Shown here in pieces: positions 46,392 through 55,812 of a DNA stretch of 57,730 bases. How positions within the stretch are numbered: the first letter of the stretch is position 1; every line of letters starts with the position of its first letter. The notes under the pieces are model-generated. The model worked only from the letters and a program-made list of their open reading frames with translations, searched no databases and had not been told where the DNA came from. Position numbers and translations under genes: made by a program. The stretch comes from a virus. Taxonomy: Duplodnaviria; Caudoviricetes. The stretch covers positions 1-57,730 of IMG/VR virus record IMGVR_UViG_3300047457_000359, one strand, 5' to 3'.

Positions 46392-47153
46392 ATGGAAGTG
46401 AACATCGTGATCCCGAGTATGGGACGGGCTGGAGCGTTGCAGGCGCACAAGGCTGTGTCGGGCGACAGATTGACGCTGTGCGTCCCAGACGCCGAAGTGG
46501 AGGCGTACCGCAAGGCGCACCCTGACATACAGGTGGTTGGTCACCCCGACAGCGTGGTGGGACTGTCGCAGAAGCGTCAGTGGATCTACGACTATTGGGG
46601 CGATGTGATCATGATTGACGACGACTGTGATGCGATCCTGCACCTGGAACACGGTTTGGGCAACAAGCCCTGCGTGTTGACCCCAGAAGAAGGGGTGGAA
46701 CTGTGCGACCGTCTGGCTGGTGAAGCACGGGACATGAATGTGTACCTGTTCGGCGTTTCGTCCTCGGTGGACATTCGCAACTATGTTGCAGTGATGCCGT
46801 TCCGCACGGTTGGTTGGGTGAACGGTGGTTTCACGGGACTGCTTCGGGGATCCAAGTTGTCCTACCACCCGAAGATCATGTGCTCCGAAGACTTCTGGAT
46901 TTCGGCGTTGAACGCATACCACCACCGCAAGGTGTGGGTTGATACCAGGTACGCATTGCGTGATGCCAACGGTTCGGGAACGATGAAGACTCCTGGTGGA
47001 ATGGCGTTTATCCGCAGCCTGGAGAACGAAAAGCGTGACAACGAAATCCTGGCGCAGCATTTCGGAGACGCAATCAAACCCCGCCCGAAGAAGGCGGCTG
47101 GTAGAGTCAAGGCGATCCACGAGTTTCAGCGTTCGTTGACGATCCCGTGGTAG
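46392..47153 (+). CDS. GT-A fold glycosyltransferase (TET-associated/GREB1-like)
   Basis: IVIPS.GR, E...Y, KRQWI, MIDDD, ED, GG motifs. Confidence 0.7.
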   Translation: MEVNIVIPSMGRAGALQAHKAVSGDRLTLCVPDAEVEAYRKAHPDIQVVGHPDSVVGLSQKRQWIYDYWGDVIMIDDDCDAILHLEHGLGNKPCVLTPEEGVELCDRLAGEARDMNVYLFGVSSSVDIRNYVAVMPFRTVGWVNGGFTGLLRGSKLSYHPKIMCSEDFWISALNAYHHRKVWVDTRYALRDANGSGTMKTPGGMAFIRSLENEKRDNEILAQHFGDAIKPRPKKAAGRVKAIHEFQRSLTIPW

Positions 47154-47161
47154 GAGGAAAG

Positions 47162-47779
47162 ATGACAAACCTTGATGAGTTCTATGCGGAAGCAATCGGG
47201 AAGGCTGTTGAACCGTGGCAGTTGAATGACTACGGATCGGAGCGATCACAGAAGCGGCGGTTCCGAGTGGCGGCTGATGCCCTGGGGATCCGTTCGGGAG
47301 ACACGGTTGTTGATGTCGGGTGCGGAAGCGGCGAGTTGCGTCGGTATCTCTGGGCCGAAGGCATTGATGTGGAGTACATCGGCTATGACGCAGTTCCCGC
47401 AATGGTGGAACTGGCGCAGCGTTACGGCGAAAAGAATGTGATGTTGCTGGACGCACTGGAGAAGGGGATCACTATGTGCGAGCATGTTGTGTGCCTCGGC
47501 GTTCTCGGTGTTATGGAAGGAACTGAAGAAGAGCGCATGGCGAAGTTCAGCAGGTTGTTCAGCAATCTGTGCGACCACGCTCAGGTTGGCGTTGCCGTGA
47601 CGGTGCAGATGTACCGTGAGGGACTGGACAAGTCGGGTCTGCGTTGGTACATGGAGGAAGACCAGGTAGCGCAAGCCTTGATGATGCTTCGTCGGGATCA
47701 CCCCGACTTCGGATGGCAGTTGCGGATGGACTACCACCCTCACGACGCAATGTTCGTCGGCCTGTTCCGATCTTTCTGA
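47162..47779 (+). CDS. Class I SAM-dependent methyltransferase
   Basis: SQ..RF, VVDVGCGSG, YIGYD; no DPPY/NPPY motif. Confidence 0.8.
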   Translation: MTNLDEFYAEAIGKAVEPWQLNDYGSERSQKRRFRVAADALGIRSGDTVVDVGCGSGELRRYLWAEGIDVEYIGYDAVPAMVELAQRYGEKNVMLLDALEKGITMCEHVVCLGVLGVMEGTEEERMAKFSRLFSNLCDHAQVGVAVTVQMYREGLDKSGLRWYMEEDQVAQALMMLRRDHPDFGWQLRMDYHPHDAMFVGLFRSF

Positions 47780-47823
47780 AAACACGCCCAACCCTGGTGT
47801 AGTTGGGTGCTACTGTTTCATGT

Positions 47824-48456
47824 ATGGCAAGCAATAACCCGTGGTACAGCCAGCCAACCGTCAGGGGATACTCCAACCCCGAGGTTGCGTCTGCGCTGCA
47901 AAAAGCAATCAGAAGAGGACAAGTTGACAAGGCTGTGTTCTGGGCAATAGAACTGGACAGGTCGGGCTACGCACAGTATGTGTGGAAGCGTCTGCTAGTG
48001 ATCACAAGCGAGGATGTCGGTCCAGCAGAGCGGCACCTGCCCGCAACCATCTGGGCGTTGTACCAGACCTGGCGTGAGATGAACAGTTGGCGGAACGGGA
48101 ACCACCCCGAGCGGTTGCCCTTTGTTCACGCTGTGATCCTGTTGGCTTCGGCACAGAAGTCCAGGATGTGCGATCACGCAGCCTGTGGCGGCTACAACAC
48201 CAACGAAGCCCTGTTTGAGATCCCAGACGAGGCGTATGACCTCCACACCCTCAAAGGTCGCAGACTCGGCAGGGGTTTGGAGCACTGGTATGCGGAAGCA
48301 GCCAAGTTGGAGAACCCAGCCGATCTCGGGTTTGACCCGTTCGTTGAGTGGAACGCCAAGGCAGACGAGTTCAAGGGCGAGCCGTTGGTCCGCAAGGCGG
48401 GACGGACGGTCGGGGCGGTTGACGAAACTCCCCCAGCCGAACAGTTGTTTGACTAG
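47824..48456 (+). CDS. Stand-alone MgsA/RarA C-terminal-like helical domain protein
   Basis: SALQKAIRRG...A.FWA.EL...WKRL..I.SEDVG, IPD.A.D.HT..G; no Walker A. Confidence 0.65.
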   Translation: MASNNPWYSQPTVRGYSNPEVASALQKAIRRGQVDKAVFWAIELDRSGYAQYVWKRLLVITSEDVGPAERHLPATIWALYQTWREMNSWRNGNHPERLPFVHAVILLASAQKSRMCDHAACGGYNTNEALFEIPDEAYDLHTLKGRRLGRGLEHWYAEAAKLENPADLGFDPFVEWNAKADEFKGEPLVRKAGRTVGAVDETPPAEQLFD

Positions 48457-49151
48457 GTGAACAAGTCCGCCAGCCCCTGCCGACCCAGGTGAGCGTAGGC
48501 GTCCCACCAAGACAAGTTCGGTTGGAACTGTTTGAAGACCTGTTTGTAAGGAGGACAGGTCCAGTTCTGCGGGATCACTTGGATGTCGGCGTCAGCCCAC
48601 TGTTGGGGATCAAGGTAGTCCAGGCTCGGCGCACCGCAGATGTAGGTGTCGGCATCAGCCTCTTGACACAGTTCTAGCATCCAGTCGCCCTTGGTCGCTT
48701 GGGACTGGAAAGATGTGTCCAAGTAGACCTTGTGGTGGCACCCGATCATGTAGGCAGCCATGATGGTTGAAGTGGTGTTGAGATCCCCCAGCGAGTCGGT
48801 GTTGATGAACTCCTTGACCTCGGCAAGCATGTCCTCAAAGTAGGGTGCTTTGGCGTAGGAGTGAGTCAAGGTAGCCAGGAACTGTTGTCGCCAGTCCCCC
48901 TGGGCGAGAAGCGTGTCTTTGATTGGTTGCCTCTTGTTGGCGACAGGAACTGTTAGCCAGTGTGGACCGTTGGGGGATCCGACCAGGGCGTGTTGTTGTC
49001 CAGTCTTCTTGCCTTCGGTGTACCCAGTTGGCTTGTTCTTCGGAGTAAACTGGGCTGTAGTCAGAATGACGATGTGGTCGGCTTGCCGCATGCGATCCAA
49101 AAGGTGTAGTTGGGCAGCGACTGGTGGTTGAAACGCAGTCAGGATCGCCAC
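48453..49151 (-). CDS. WbqC-like family protein
   Basis: A.QP, WLTVPV, Y.KAPYF, C....ADTYI.G....YLD, Y.Q....F.PNLS..D. Confidence 0.8.
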   Translation of the reverse strand: MAILTAFQPPVAAQLHLLDRMRQADHIVILTTAQFTPKNKPTGYTEGKKTGQQHALVGSPNGPHWLTVPVANKRQPIKDTLLAQGDWRQQFLATLTHSYAKAPYFEDMLAEVKEFINTDSLGDLNTTSTIMAAYMIGCHHKVYLDTSFQSQATKGDWMLELCQEADADTYICGAPSLDYLDPQQWADADIQVIPQNWTCPPYKQVFKQFQPNLSWWDAYAHLGRQGLADLFT

Positions 49152-49789
49152 AGACGCACCTCGTAAGCCTCTGCATACTGTGTGCCTGCTTGTGCGCCAC
49201 GCATGGTAGCCAGGCTGTGTAGGGCATGGTACGAGCGTTCTGATGGGGACGGGCGGTCCTGGGACTGGTGAGCCTTCATGGCGGAAGTCTTGTCGGCCAG
49301 CATGTCGCCCGACAGTTCCACAAACCAGTTGACCCTGGGACTGTCGCCAGTAAGCGACCAGTAGTCGGGGATCTCCTCGTAGCAGGCGATTAGGTCGGGA
49401 CGGTGACGACCAGTGGATCCCGATGGGCGTGTAGCCGCAAGTACGGCGTTGGCGGTAGCCCTGTGTTCTTGGTGGAAGGACATGGGACTGGGCATGACGA
49501 GGGCGGTGGGACGGATCTCGTCCAGGATGTTCTCCATCGGCCTGACTAGATCAACAAGGGGGCGGTCGTCTAGCCAGCGGGTTGGGAACTGGGTGAGGAT
49601 CCTGAGATCCGCCCCACCAAGCATGTCAACTGCGGTTGCGAGTTCCGAAGCCCTGGTGTCGTTCGGACAGGTGACGCACACAACGGTGACTTTGCCCCCC
49701 TGTCTGTTGACCTTTGAGATCAGTCCGCCCGCTCCGATGGTTTCGTCGTCTGGGTGGGGGGCGACGACCATCAGGTTGTTGATTAGCAT
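49139..49789 (-). CDS. PIG-L/LmbE family deacetylase
   Basis: VVAPHPDDE.IG.GG, R..E, HQEH, K..AM.AH.SQ, AEAY. Confidence 0.85.
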   Translation of the reverse strand: MLINNLMVVAPHPDDETIGAGGLISKVNRQGGKVTVVCVTCPNDTRASELATAVDMLGGADLRILTQFPTRWLDDRPLVDLVRPMENILDEIRPTALVMPSPMSFHQEHRATANAVLAATRPSGSTGRHRPDLIACYEEIPDYWSLTGDSPRVNWFVELSGDMLADKTSAMKAHQSQDRPSPSERSYHALHSLATMRGAQAGTQYAEAYEVRLWRS

Positions 49790-49968
49790 GATGACAGCAT
49801 ACAACACCGTGAGGTGCATGTTGGTGTGCTAGAACGATCTGTACGCACAACGGAGGTTTAGGTGGACAAGCCTGAATGCAAGCACAGGTTCAACGGTCCT
49901 GCGATCAAGGGCTGGCGGCTGTGTGTCAAGTGTTGTGCGGTCATTGAAGCAAGCAATAGGAGCAAGCA

Positions 49969-50286
49969 ATGAAGGAATGGGAAATAGCAGCCACTTGGTG
50001 TTTCATCGGACTGGCGATCGGGATCATTGTGTGGATGGCGGTCGTTGACTACGAACAGCGCAAGGCGGCAAAGGCTGCCAGGAAGTCTCCGATCTCGGGC
50101 TACATGTTCGGTCGGACACTCAGCGAGTCGCTGGGGCTGGACCCCAGTAAAGTGAAGTCGGTCACAGTGACTGCTGACGCAAGTAGTCTTGCCGAGATCA
50201 CCGTGGTGATGTATGCTGATTGGAACGCAACCGACGGGATCAAGGAACAGATCAAGGAGTTCGTGTTGCAGGAAAGGAAGCAGTGA
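49969..50286 (+). CDS. Membrane-anchored hypothetical protein
   Basis: N-terminal TM helix. Confidence 0.55.
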   Translation: MKEWEIAATWCFIGLAIGIIVWMAVVDYEQRKAAKAARKSPISGYMFGRTLSESLGLDPSKVKSVTVTADASSLAEITVVMYADWNATDGIKEQIKEFVLQERKQ

Positions 50287-50546
50287 GTCTTGCAACGAAA
50301 GAATGGGACTTTGATGATTGGATCAAGTTCGGTTGGGACAGAGGTTGGTGCGGTCCAGTTGTGTGTTATTCGCATGACGGGCTGCCGCTAACGGCTGACG
50401 AAGTAGACGAATGGGGAGAAGGGTTTGACCCGTGTCTGCATGTGATCCGTGTGTACGAAGACCAGGAGCACCGCCTTGCGGTGGAAGCAAACGATTCGCC
50501 TACACGCTGGCGAGCCAGCAACCAGGGGTGGGAACGAAATGAGTGA
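50283..50546 (+). CDS. Hypothetical phage protein
   Basis: FD.W...G...GWCGP.VC..HDGLP...DPC.H..R.Y. Confidence 0.6.
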   Translation: MSLATKEWDFDDWIKFGWDRGWCGPVVCYSHDGLPLTADEVDEWGEGFDPCLHVIRVYEDQEHRLAVEANDSPTRWRASNQGWERNE

Positions 50547-50769
50547 CGGAGGTCACATGGAGCCACAGTTGGAGTTCCCGACCGTTGAAAGGTTGGTAGC
50601 CATGAATGAGCGACTGTCCGAAGCGGCGCACAGAGAACAGTTGCTCGCAGTCAAATGGCAGGGGATCGCCACGGCGTTGTACGAATGCTTGAAGGACATT
50701 GACCAGAAGACGACTTGTCACGGCTGTGCGTTGCAATCGTTTGAACGGGCGATAAGGGGAGAAGAATGA
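50539..50769 (+). CDS. Small hypothetical protein
   Basis: Overlapping operon context. Confidence 0.45.
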   Translation: MSDGGHMEPQLEFPTVERLVAMNERLSEAAHREQLLAVKWQGIATALYECLKDIDQKTTCHGCALQSFERAIRGEE

Positions 50770-50952
50770 ACTGGATCGTGTTTTGGGTGTGGTTCTGCGG
50801 CGGTGTGATCTTGGGACTGCTCCTTGGCTGAGTTCGCCATAGGCGTCGTTTGTGGGTTGATGATCGCCCTGATCATGTTCCTGGGGATCTGGGGCGACTA
50901 AGTCGCTGCACCCTGGTGGTGTACAGTATGCTCAACTGTAAGGAAGGTTGAC

Positions 50953-51399
50953 ATGGGTCGTAGACCGAAACTGACAGCAGATGTACAGAACGCAGTCATA
51001 GAAGCACTCGCAGCGGGGAACTACCTGGAAACAGCAGCCCAGTACGCTGGGATCCACCCTGCCACGCTGTACCGTTGGCTAGACCGTGGTAGAGCAGCAT
51101 TGGAGTCGGAAGATGGGGATCACCCCGACAAGGCTTACGGCGACTTTTGCGAGGCAGTAGAAAAGACGAGAGCGCAGGCGGAAGTCAGGGCCGTTGCTCT
51201 GATCCGCAAAGCAGCAATGGACGGCACCTGGCAAGCAGCCGCATGGTTCCTGGAACGGAGCCACCCAGGCAAGTGGGGGCGTCAAGGCAGGTTGGAAGTC
51301 ACGGGCAAGAACGGCGGGGCTGTTGAAGTAGATGTGTCGGCGTTGGAGGCGAAAGTGTCGCAGATCCTCAAAGACACTGGGGCGTCGGAAGATCTGTGA
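50953..51399 (+). CDS. terS: Terminase small subunit
   Basis: MGR..KLT, HTH (AA.YAGI...TLY.W), WQAAAW.LER..P..WG, EVTG.NGG; upstream of TerL. Confidence 0.8.
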   Translation: MGRRPKLTADVQNAVIEALAAGNYLETAAQYAGIHPATLYRWLDRGRAALESEDGDHPDKAYGDFCEAVEKTRAQAEVRAVALIRKAAMDGTWQAAAWFLERSHPGKWGRQGRLEVTGKNGGAVEVDVSALEAKVSQILKDTGASEDL

Positions 51400-51475
51400 G
51401 ATCGCTTCCTTGTACCCCCAGAACCTCGGTTTAGAAGTTCTAAGAAGCACGGAGCAGACGGTTTGAGACGGGATC

Positions 51476-53080
51476 ATGTCGGCAACGCTGGTTAGGAGCA
51501 TCTTGGCGGCAAGTCAGGAGCAGCGGTTGGCGATCTACGCCCGCATGTCCCCTGAAGAACGGCAGTATGTGGACGGCCTGTTGGCGCAGCAGTTGGACAA
51601 CCCCTGGAGGAAGTACCGCACCGATCCTGTGAGGTTTGTGGAAGAAGGACTGCAGGAGACGCTCTGGTCAAAGCAGCGTGAAATCCTGGCGTCCGTCAGG
51701 GATCACAAACGCACGGTTGTGCCAGCGTGTCACGCCCCAGGCAAATCGCACATCGCAGCCCGAGCGATCGCCTGGTGGGTGTCCAGCCACGAAATCGGCA
51801 CTGCAATGGCGGTGTCCACGGCAAGCACCTTCCGCCAAGTCAGGAACATTCTCTGGCCGCACATTCGCAGAGTCGCTGTACGCCATAACCTGCCTGGAGA
51901 AGTAATGCAGGTGGAATGGCGGATCGGCACCGAACTGGTGTCCTACGGCTTTGCCAGCAACTCCGACGAAGCGGCAGTTCAGGGGATCCACGCACCGAAC
52001 CTGTTGATTGTCGTTGACGAAGCAGGCGGTGTACACGACACGGTTGGTCGTGCCCTGGAAGCCCTGATGACGGGCGGCAACACCCGCATGTTGTTGATCG
52101 GCAACCCGCCGACAGAATCGGAGGACTCCTGGTTTGAGAGGTGCTGTGGGTCGCCCTTGTACAATGTGATCCCGATCTCGGCGTATGACACGCCGAACTT
52201 CACTGGTGAAGAAGCAGGCGAATGCAAGGCTTGCCCACCCGCTGTAGCCCCCCACTCGGTCACGGAGCATTTAGTTGACCAGACTTGGGTTGACGATGTG
52301 ATCTCGGAGTTTGGTGTTGAGTCGCCCTTCGTTGAAGCCCGTGTTCTCGCCAAGTTCCCCCGTTCGGGCGGCAGCCGAGTGATCCCCTTGGGGTGGGTTG
52401 AGTCGGCAATGCAGAACGAAGATCCTGAAGGCGGCGAAACGATCCGTCTCGGAGTAGATGTGGCGTCGGACGGTGGTGATGAGTTCGTGATCGCTTGGGC
52501 GGACGGTTTCAAGGTGTCCATCAAGCACAACTCGTCGGGCGAAAAGAACGAGAACGCCATTGATGTCACCAAGCGACTGTTGGATGTAGTCCTGGAAGCA
52601 GAGTCGGTACACGCTGCCAGGGGGATCGGGGATCCCGTCAGGGTCAAGATTGACGAAATCGGTCTGGGTTGGGCCGTTGTGTCCCTGTTGAAGCGGTGGG
52701 GCGAAGAAGGCAAGCACAAGTCCGTGATCATTGGGGTGAATGTGTCCGAGCGAGCGAGGCAGGGCGACAAGTTCACGAACCAGCGAGCAGAACTTTGGTG
52801 GAATGGGCGTCTAGCCTGCCAGTACGACAGCATGGGTAGACAGCAGGTCAAGTTGAACATTGACCGCAGGACTATGGCGCAGTTGGCAGCCCCGTCCTAC
52901 AAGGCTGACAGCCAGGGTCGGATCATGATTGAAAAGAAGCAAGACATGAAGAAGCGGGGAGTCACCTCGCCAGACAGGGCCGAAGCAGTGCTGTTGGCTT
53001 TGTATGAGCCACCAGGTGCAGGTCCGATTGAGCCAGTCGCTCCGCTTGCGATCACCCAGACCAACCCTTGGAAGTTCTGA
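51476..53080 (+). CDS. terL: Terminase large subunit
   Basis: Q motif, HAPGKS (Walker A), IVVDEA (Walker B), IGNP, LGVDVA, SPDRAEA. Confidence 0.92.
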   Translation: MSATLVRSILAASQEQRLAIYARMSPEERQYVDGLLAQQLDNPWRKYRTDPVRFVEEGLQETLWSKQREILASVRDHKRTVVPACHAPGKSHIAARAIAWWVSSHEIGTAMAVSTASTFRQVRNILWPHIRRVAVRHNLPGEVMQVEWRIGTELVSYGFASNSDEAAVQGIHAPNLLIVVDEAGGVHDTVGRALEALMTGGNTRMLLIGNPPTESEDSWFERCCGSPLYNVIPISAYDTPNFTGEEAGECKACPPAVAPHSVTEHLVDQTWVDDVISEFGVESPFVEARVLAKFPRSGGSRVIPLGWVESAMQNEDPEGGETIRLGVDVASDGGDEFVIAWADGFKVSIKHNSSGEKNENAIDVTKRLLDVVLEAESVHAARGIGDPVRVKIDEIGLGWAVVSLLKRWGEEGKHKSVIIGVNVSERARQGDKFTNQRAELWWNGRLACQYDSMGRQQVKLNIDRRTMAQLAAPSYKADSQGRIMIEKKQDMKKRGVTSPDRAEAVLLALYEPPGAGPIEPVAPLAITQTNPWKF

Positions 53081-53130
53081 TTTGCGTGGTGCAGTCGGTT
53101 CTGCTATCGGACCTTGATTTGCGTGGTGCA
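53078..53130 (+). repeat. 16-bp perfect direct repeat
   Basis: TGATTTGCGTGGTGCA at 53078-53093 and 53115-53130. Confidence 0.9.
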
Positions 53131-53340
53131 ATGGGACATGCTACGCACCAAGACGCTGGTGGAGTAGGCGAACAACTGTTCGTTGTGATCTAGAACGCAC
53201 GGAGCAGAACGGACGAACGGATTGTTTGGGCTACCTGTACCCACATTTGTCAAGTCAGCAGTTCCTAGACGAACGGAGCAAGAAGTTTAGGACGCTAAAC
53301 AAACGGTTTAGGCGTATGCAGCATCGGTGTAGAACGCTAG

Positions 53341-53394
53341 TGTGACTTATTTCACATAACCCCCCTGTACCTGGAGAATGTTGGCAGATACGCT
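53341..53394 (+). promoter_or_regulatory. CRP-like box + promoter (copy 5)
   Basis: TGTGA-CTTATT-TCACA, TAACCCC, TACGCT -10; AAGGAGG RBS. Confidence 0.75.
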
Positions 53395-53417
53395 TTCGGG
53401 GTAGGGAAGGAGGTGAA

Positions 53418-53681
53418 ATGAGCAAGCAGAAGAAATCGGAGGAGCGTCTGGCTTACGAAGCAGCAGTTGCCCTGCTGGAGCCTTGTCCGCAAGCAGTCAA
53501 GTCGGCAAGCGGATGCAAGGTGTCCTGGAGGTGGTACGCCACTATGGAGGAAGCCCAGATCGCAGCCCAGTGGGCGTATCACCAGGCAGTGTGGTACGAC
53601 AGCATGGGCTACGACTTCGGGTACCAGTGCCCAGGGTCGGTCGCCAAGGACGGCGAGTTGTTCAAGGTGACCTTCCCGTAA
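53418..53681 (+). CDS. Hypothetical protein, paralog A
   Basis: SGCKV.W...EA.IAA.WA...GYDFG...PG...VTFP. Confidence 0.7.
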   Translation: MSKQKKSEERLAYEAAVALLEPCPQAVKSASGCKVSWRWYATMEEAQIAAQWAYHQAVWYDSMGYDFGYQCPGSVAKDGELFKVTFP

Positions 53682-53730
53682 GGGGAGGTCGCAGTGATCC
53701 ATCGGAACGCAAGACAGAAAGGAGAAGGTC

Positions 53731-53856
53731 ATGCAACTAGCAGTGTTGTTCCCAGACGGGACGAAGGCACCGATCGCAGAAGATCAGGTGATCAAGTACA
53801 ACCTGACAGTCGGGCAGTTGACACCGTTCAGCCGCCTGCCCATCGTTGAGGCGTAA
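53731..53856 (+). CDS. Very small hypothetical protein
   Basis: GAAAGGAG RBS; 41 aa, read by hand. Confidence 0.5.
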   Translation: MQLAVLFPDGTKAPIAEDQVIKYNLTVGQLTPFSRLPIVEA

Positions 53857-53901
53857 GGGCCGCAGCGATCACGAACAAGCAAGCAAGACCCAGGAAAGGG
53901 G

Positions 53902-54156
53902 GTGAAAGCAGTGACCAAGCAGATGACATACTGGCAGGGCATGAACGAAGGAGTTCCCCAGCCAATCTCGTACATGTCGGGGTGCAAGGTCGCTTGGTAC
54001 ACATTCCGCACCGTCAAGGAGGCGGAGATTGCAGCCAAGTGGGCACGGTCGGAGGCAGCCAGGAAGGAGGCACTCGGCTATGACTTCGGCTGGTGTACGC
54101 CAGGCGAGATCAGCAAGAATCACAAGAAGAGGCGGTACACGGTGACCTTCCCCTAG
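53902..54156 (+). CDS. Hypothetical protein, paralog B
   Basis: Same motifs as 53418-53681. Confidence 0.7.
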   Translation: MKAVTKQMTYWQGMNEGVPQPISYMSGCKVAWYTFRTVKEAEIAAKWARSEAARKEALGYDFGWCTPGEISKNHKKRRYTVTFP

Positions 54157-54177
54157 GTCACAGTCGCCAGCGATCAC

Positions 54178-54206
54178 TTGACCATAGTGATCACAGAAGT
54201 TACGGT
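54178..54206 (+). promoter_or_regulatory. Promoter without upstream CRP-like box
   Basis: TTGACC-N17-TACGGT; the -35 lies inside the inverted repeat GATCACT/AGTGATC. A similar TTGACC-N17-TACGCT is at 54558-54586. Confidence 0.6.
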
Positions 54207-54229
54207 TCGCCGTGAGGAAAGGAAAGGCA

Positions 54230-54544
54230 ATGGAGGAGACAGAGCGGTTGAAGTGTCCGCAGTGCGAGAAGGTGTTCGTTTTCGCAAGCGACGCTGAAGA
54301 AGAGTGGGAGAAGCACTGGGTTCCAGAGGAAGGGCTGTGTGCTTCCTGCTCGGAGTACAACGCAACGCACTGCCGATACTGCGGCAAAGCCCCCAGCGAG
54401 GGCAACGCTCGGTACACGGGAGATGGTTGGTACGCCACCTGGACCGAGTGCAAGGACTGCGGCGACGAAGTTCACGGGGCGGAAGAGATGGATCGTTGGG
54501 TGACCAGGTGGTTGGCGGGGGGTCGCAGTGGCTTCTGGGACTAG
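54230..54544 (+). CDS. Multi-CxxC zinc-finger protein
   Basis: Four CxxC pairs; strong RBS. Confidence 0.65.
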   Translation: MEETERLKCPQCEKVFVFASDAEEEWEKHWVPEEGLCASCSEYNATHCRYCGKAPSEGNARYTGDGWYATWTECKDCGDEVHGAEEMDRWVTRWLAGGRSGFWD

Positions 54545-54605
54545 CAGTGATCTCGGCTTGACCAAGGTGTAGTTGTTGGTTACGCTGAAACGGAGGGAAG
54601 AAACG

Positions 54606-54773
54606 ATGAAGTACCAAGTAGTTGTCAAGGCGCAGATGCAAGACGGAACGATCAAGGACAAGGTGATCGGCCAGTACGACAACATGACAGACGCCGTGGC
54701 GGCAAAGATCAGAGCCTGGGTGATGAGTGAAGATCCGAAAGAAACGATCACCGTCAAGGAGTTGGTCGCATGA
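54606..54773 (+). CDS. Small hypothetical protein
   Basis: Own promoter and GGAGG RBS. Confidence 0.55.
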   Translation: MKYQVVVKAQMQDGTIKDKVIGQYDNMTDAVAAKIRAWVMSEDPKETITVKELVA

Positions 54774-54903
54774 TGGCGTACAGCCACCGCAGGAGTCGGG
54801 GATCACGCTCGGCTACCTGCATACCCGATCTTGCACACAGGTGTGTGCTAGAACCGTCGTATCGCTACGGCGGTCAAGACAAGCAAGACAAGGAGAACCA
54901 GAA

Positions 54904-55179
54904 ATGGGCATGTTGAGAAGGTTCCAGGCGCAGTGCGATCACTGCAAGCGGAAAGACACAGAATCGGGTCCGTGGGCGACAGACCTGCGGGAACGGATCG
55001 GACGCCTCGGATGGACGGTCGGCAACCAGTTGATCTGCCCCGTGTGCAACGGCACCGACGATGCGTACAGCGAGTTTGAGGGCGAGACGGCTTCCGTTGA
55101 TGCGATCCTCACGCTGGACCAGCAGAAGGCAATCGCTCGCAAGGCGTTGGATCGCTACCTGGCGGAGATCGGCAAGTGA
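54904..55179 (+). CDS. Small zinc-finger protein
   Basis: CDHC...GW......CPVC; AAGGAG RBS. Confidence 0.55.
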   Translation: MGMLRRFQAQCDHCKRKDTESGPWATDLRERIGRLGWTVGNQLICPVCNGTDDAYSEFEGETASVDAILTLDQQKAIARKALDRYLAEIGK

Positions 55180-55806
55180 TCCTGACCGTAGCCCAGGCGA
55201 TTGAACAGTTGAAGACCATCGCCCCGACCGACACGCTGTACATCAACTGGATGGAGTGTTGGGAGATCGCAGACGACGAAGAAGTCAGCCAAGATCTGTG
55301 GATCAAGGCGTTGACCCAAGCCGAAGACAACTGCGGTTCGGGCGAAGACATGGCAGCCGAAGCGATCCAAACGGCGTTGTGGGATCTGCAGGGCGGACAC
55401 CAGTGAGCAGCCAAGATCAGCCACGGTTTAGTTCCGTTGTTGTCACCGCCACGAGAACCGTTGCGTACAGTGTGCCCGACATGATCGCCCAGTTGGTGGA
55501 AGACGGCGAAAATGTGACCTGGGAGCAGGTGTTTGACTGGATCCAGGAAAGGGCCGTTGAAGACATGGACGGTCCCTGGAAGGCGGGGATCCCATTGGTG
55601 TTCAGGGACCAAGACGGCGAAGTCCTCGGAACGCTGTACTGATGCCAAAGTACGGAGCCTGGATTGAAGTCACGCAGCACTACTGGCATGTAGTTGAAGC
55701 GGCATCGCCAGAAGAAGCAGAAGAGAAGATCCGCCGCAACGAAAGCAGTTGTGAAGACAGCCAGGAGACTTGGCACTTGACGGATGTTCAGTTGGTTGAT
55801 AAGTAG
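55176..55806 (+). CDS. Three small coupled acidic hypothetical genes (55176-55406, 55403-55642, 55642-55806)
   Basis: GTGA/TGATG overlaps; the third is read by hand (V.EA.S.EEAEEK). Confidence 0.55.
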
Positions 55807-55812
55807 GGGATC

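Noticed and set aside
47162-47779. Dam-like DNA methyltransferase explaining GATC enrichment
   Set aside because: No DPPY/NPPY or PC catalytic motif; it looks like a small-molecule or sugar methyltransferase.
51476-53080. Intein or intron in terL
   Set aside because: Length is normal and no splicing motifs are present; only a short CxxC-containing insert.
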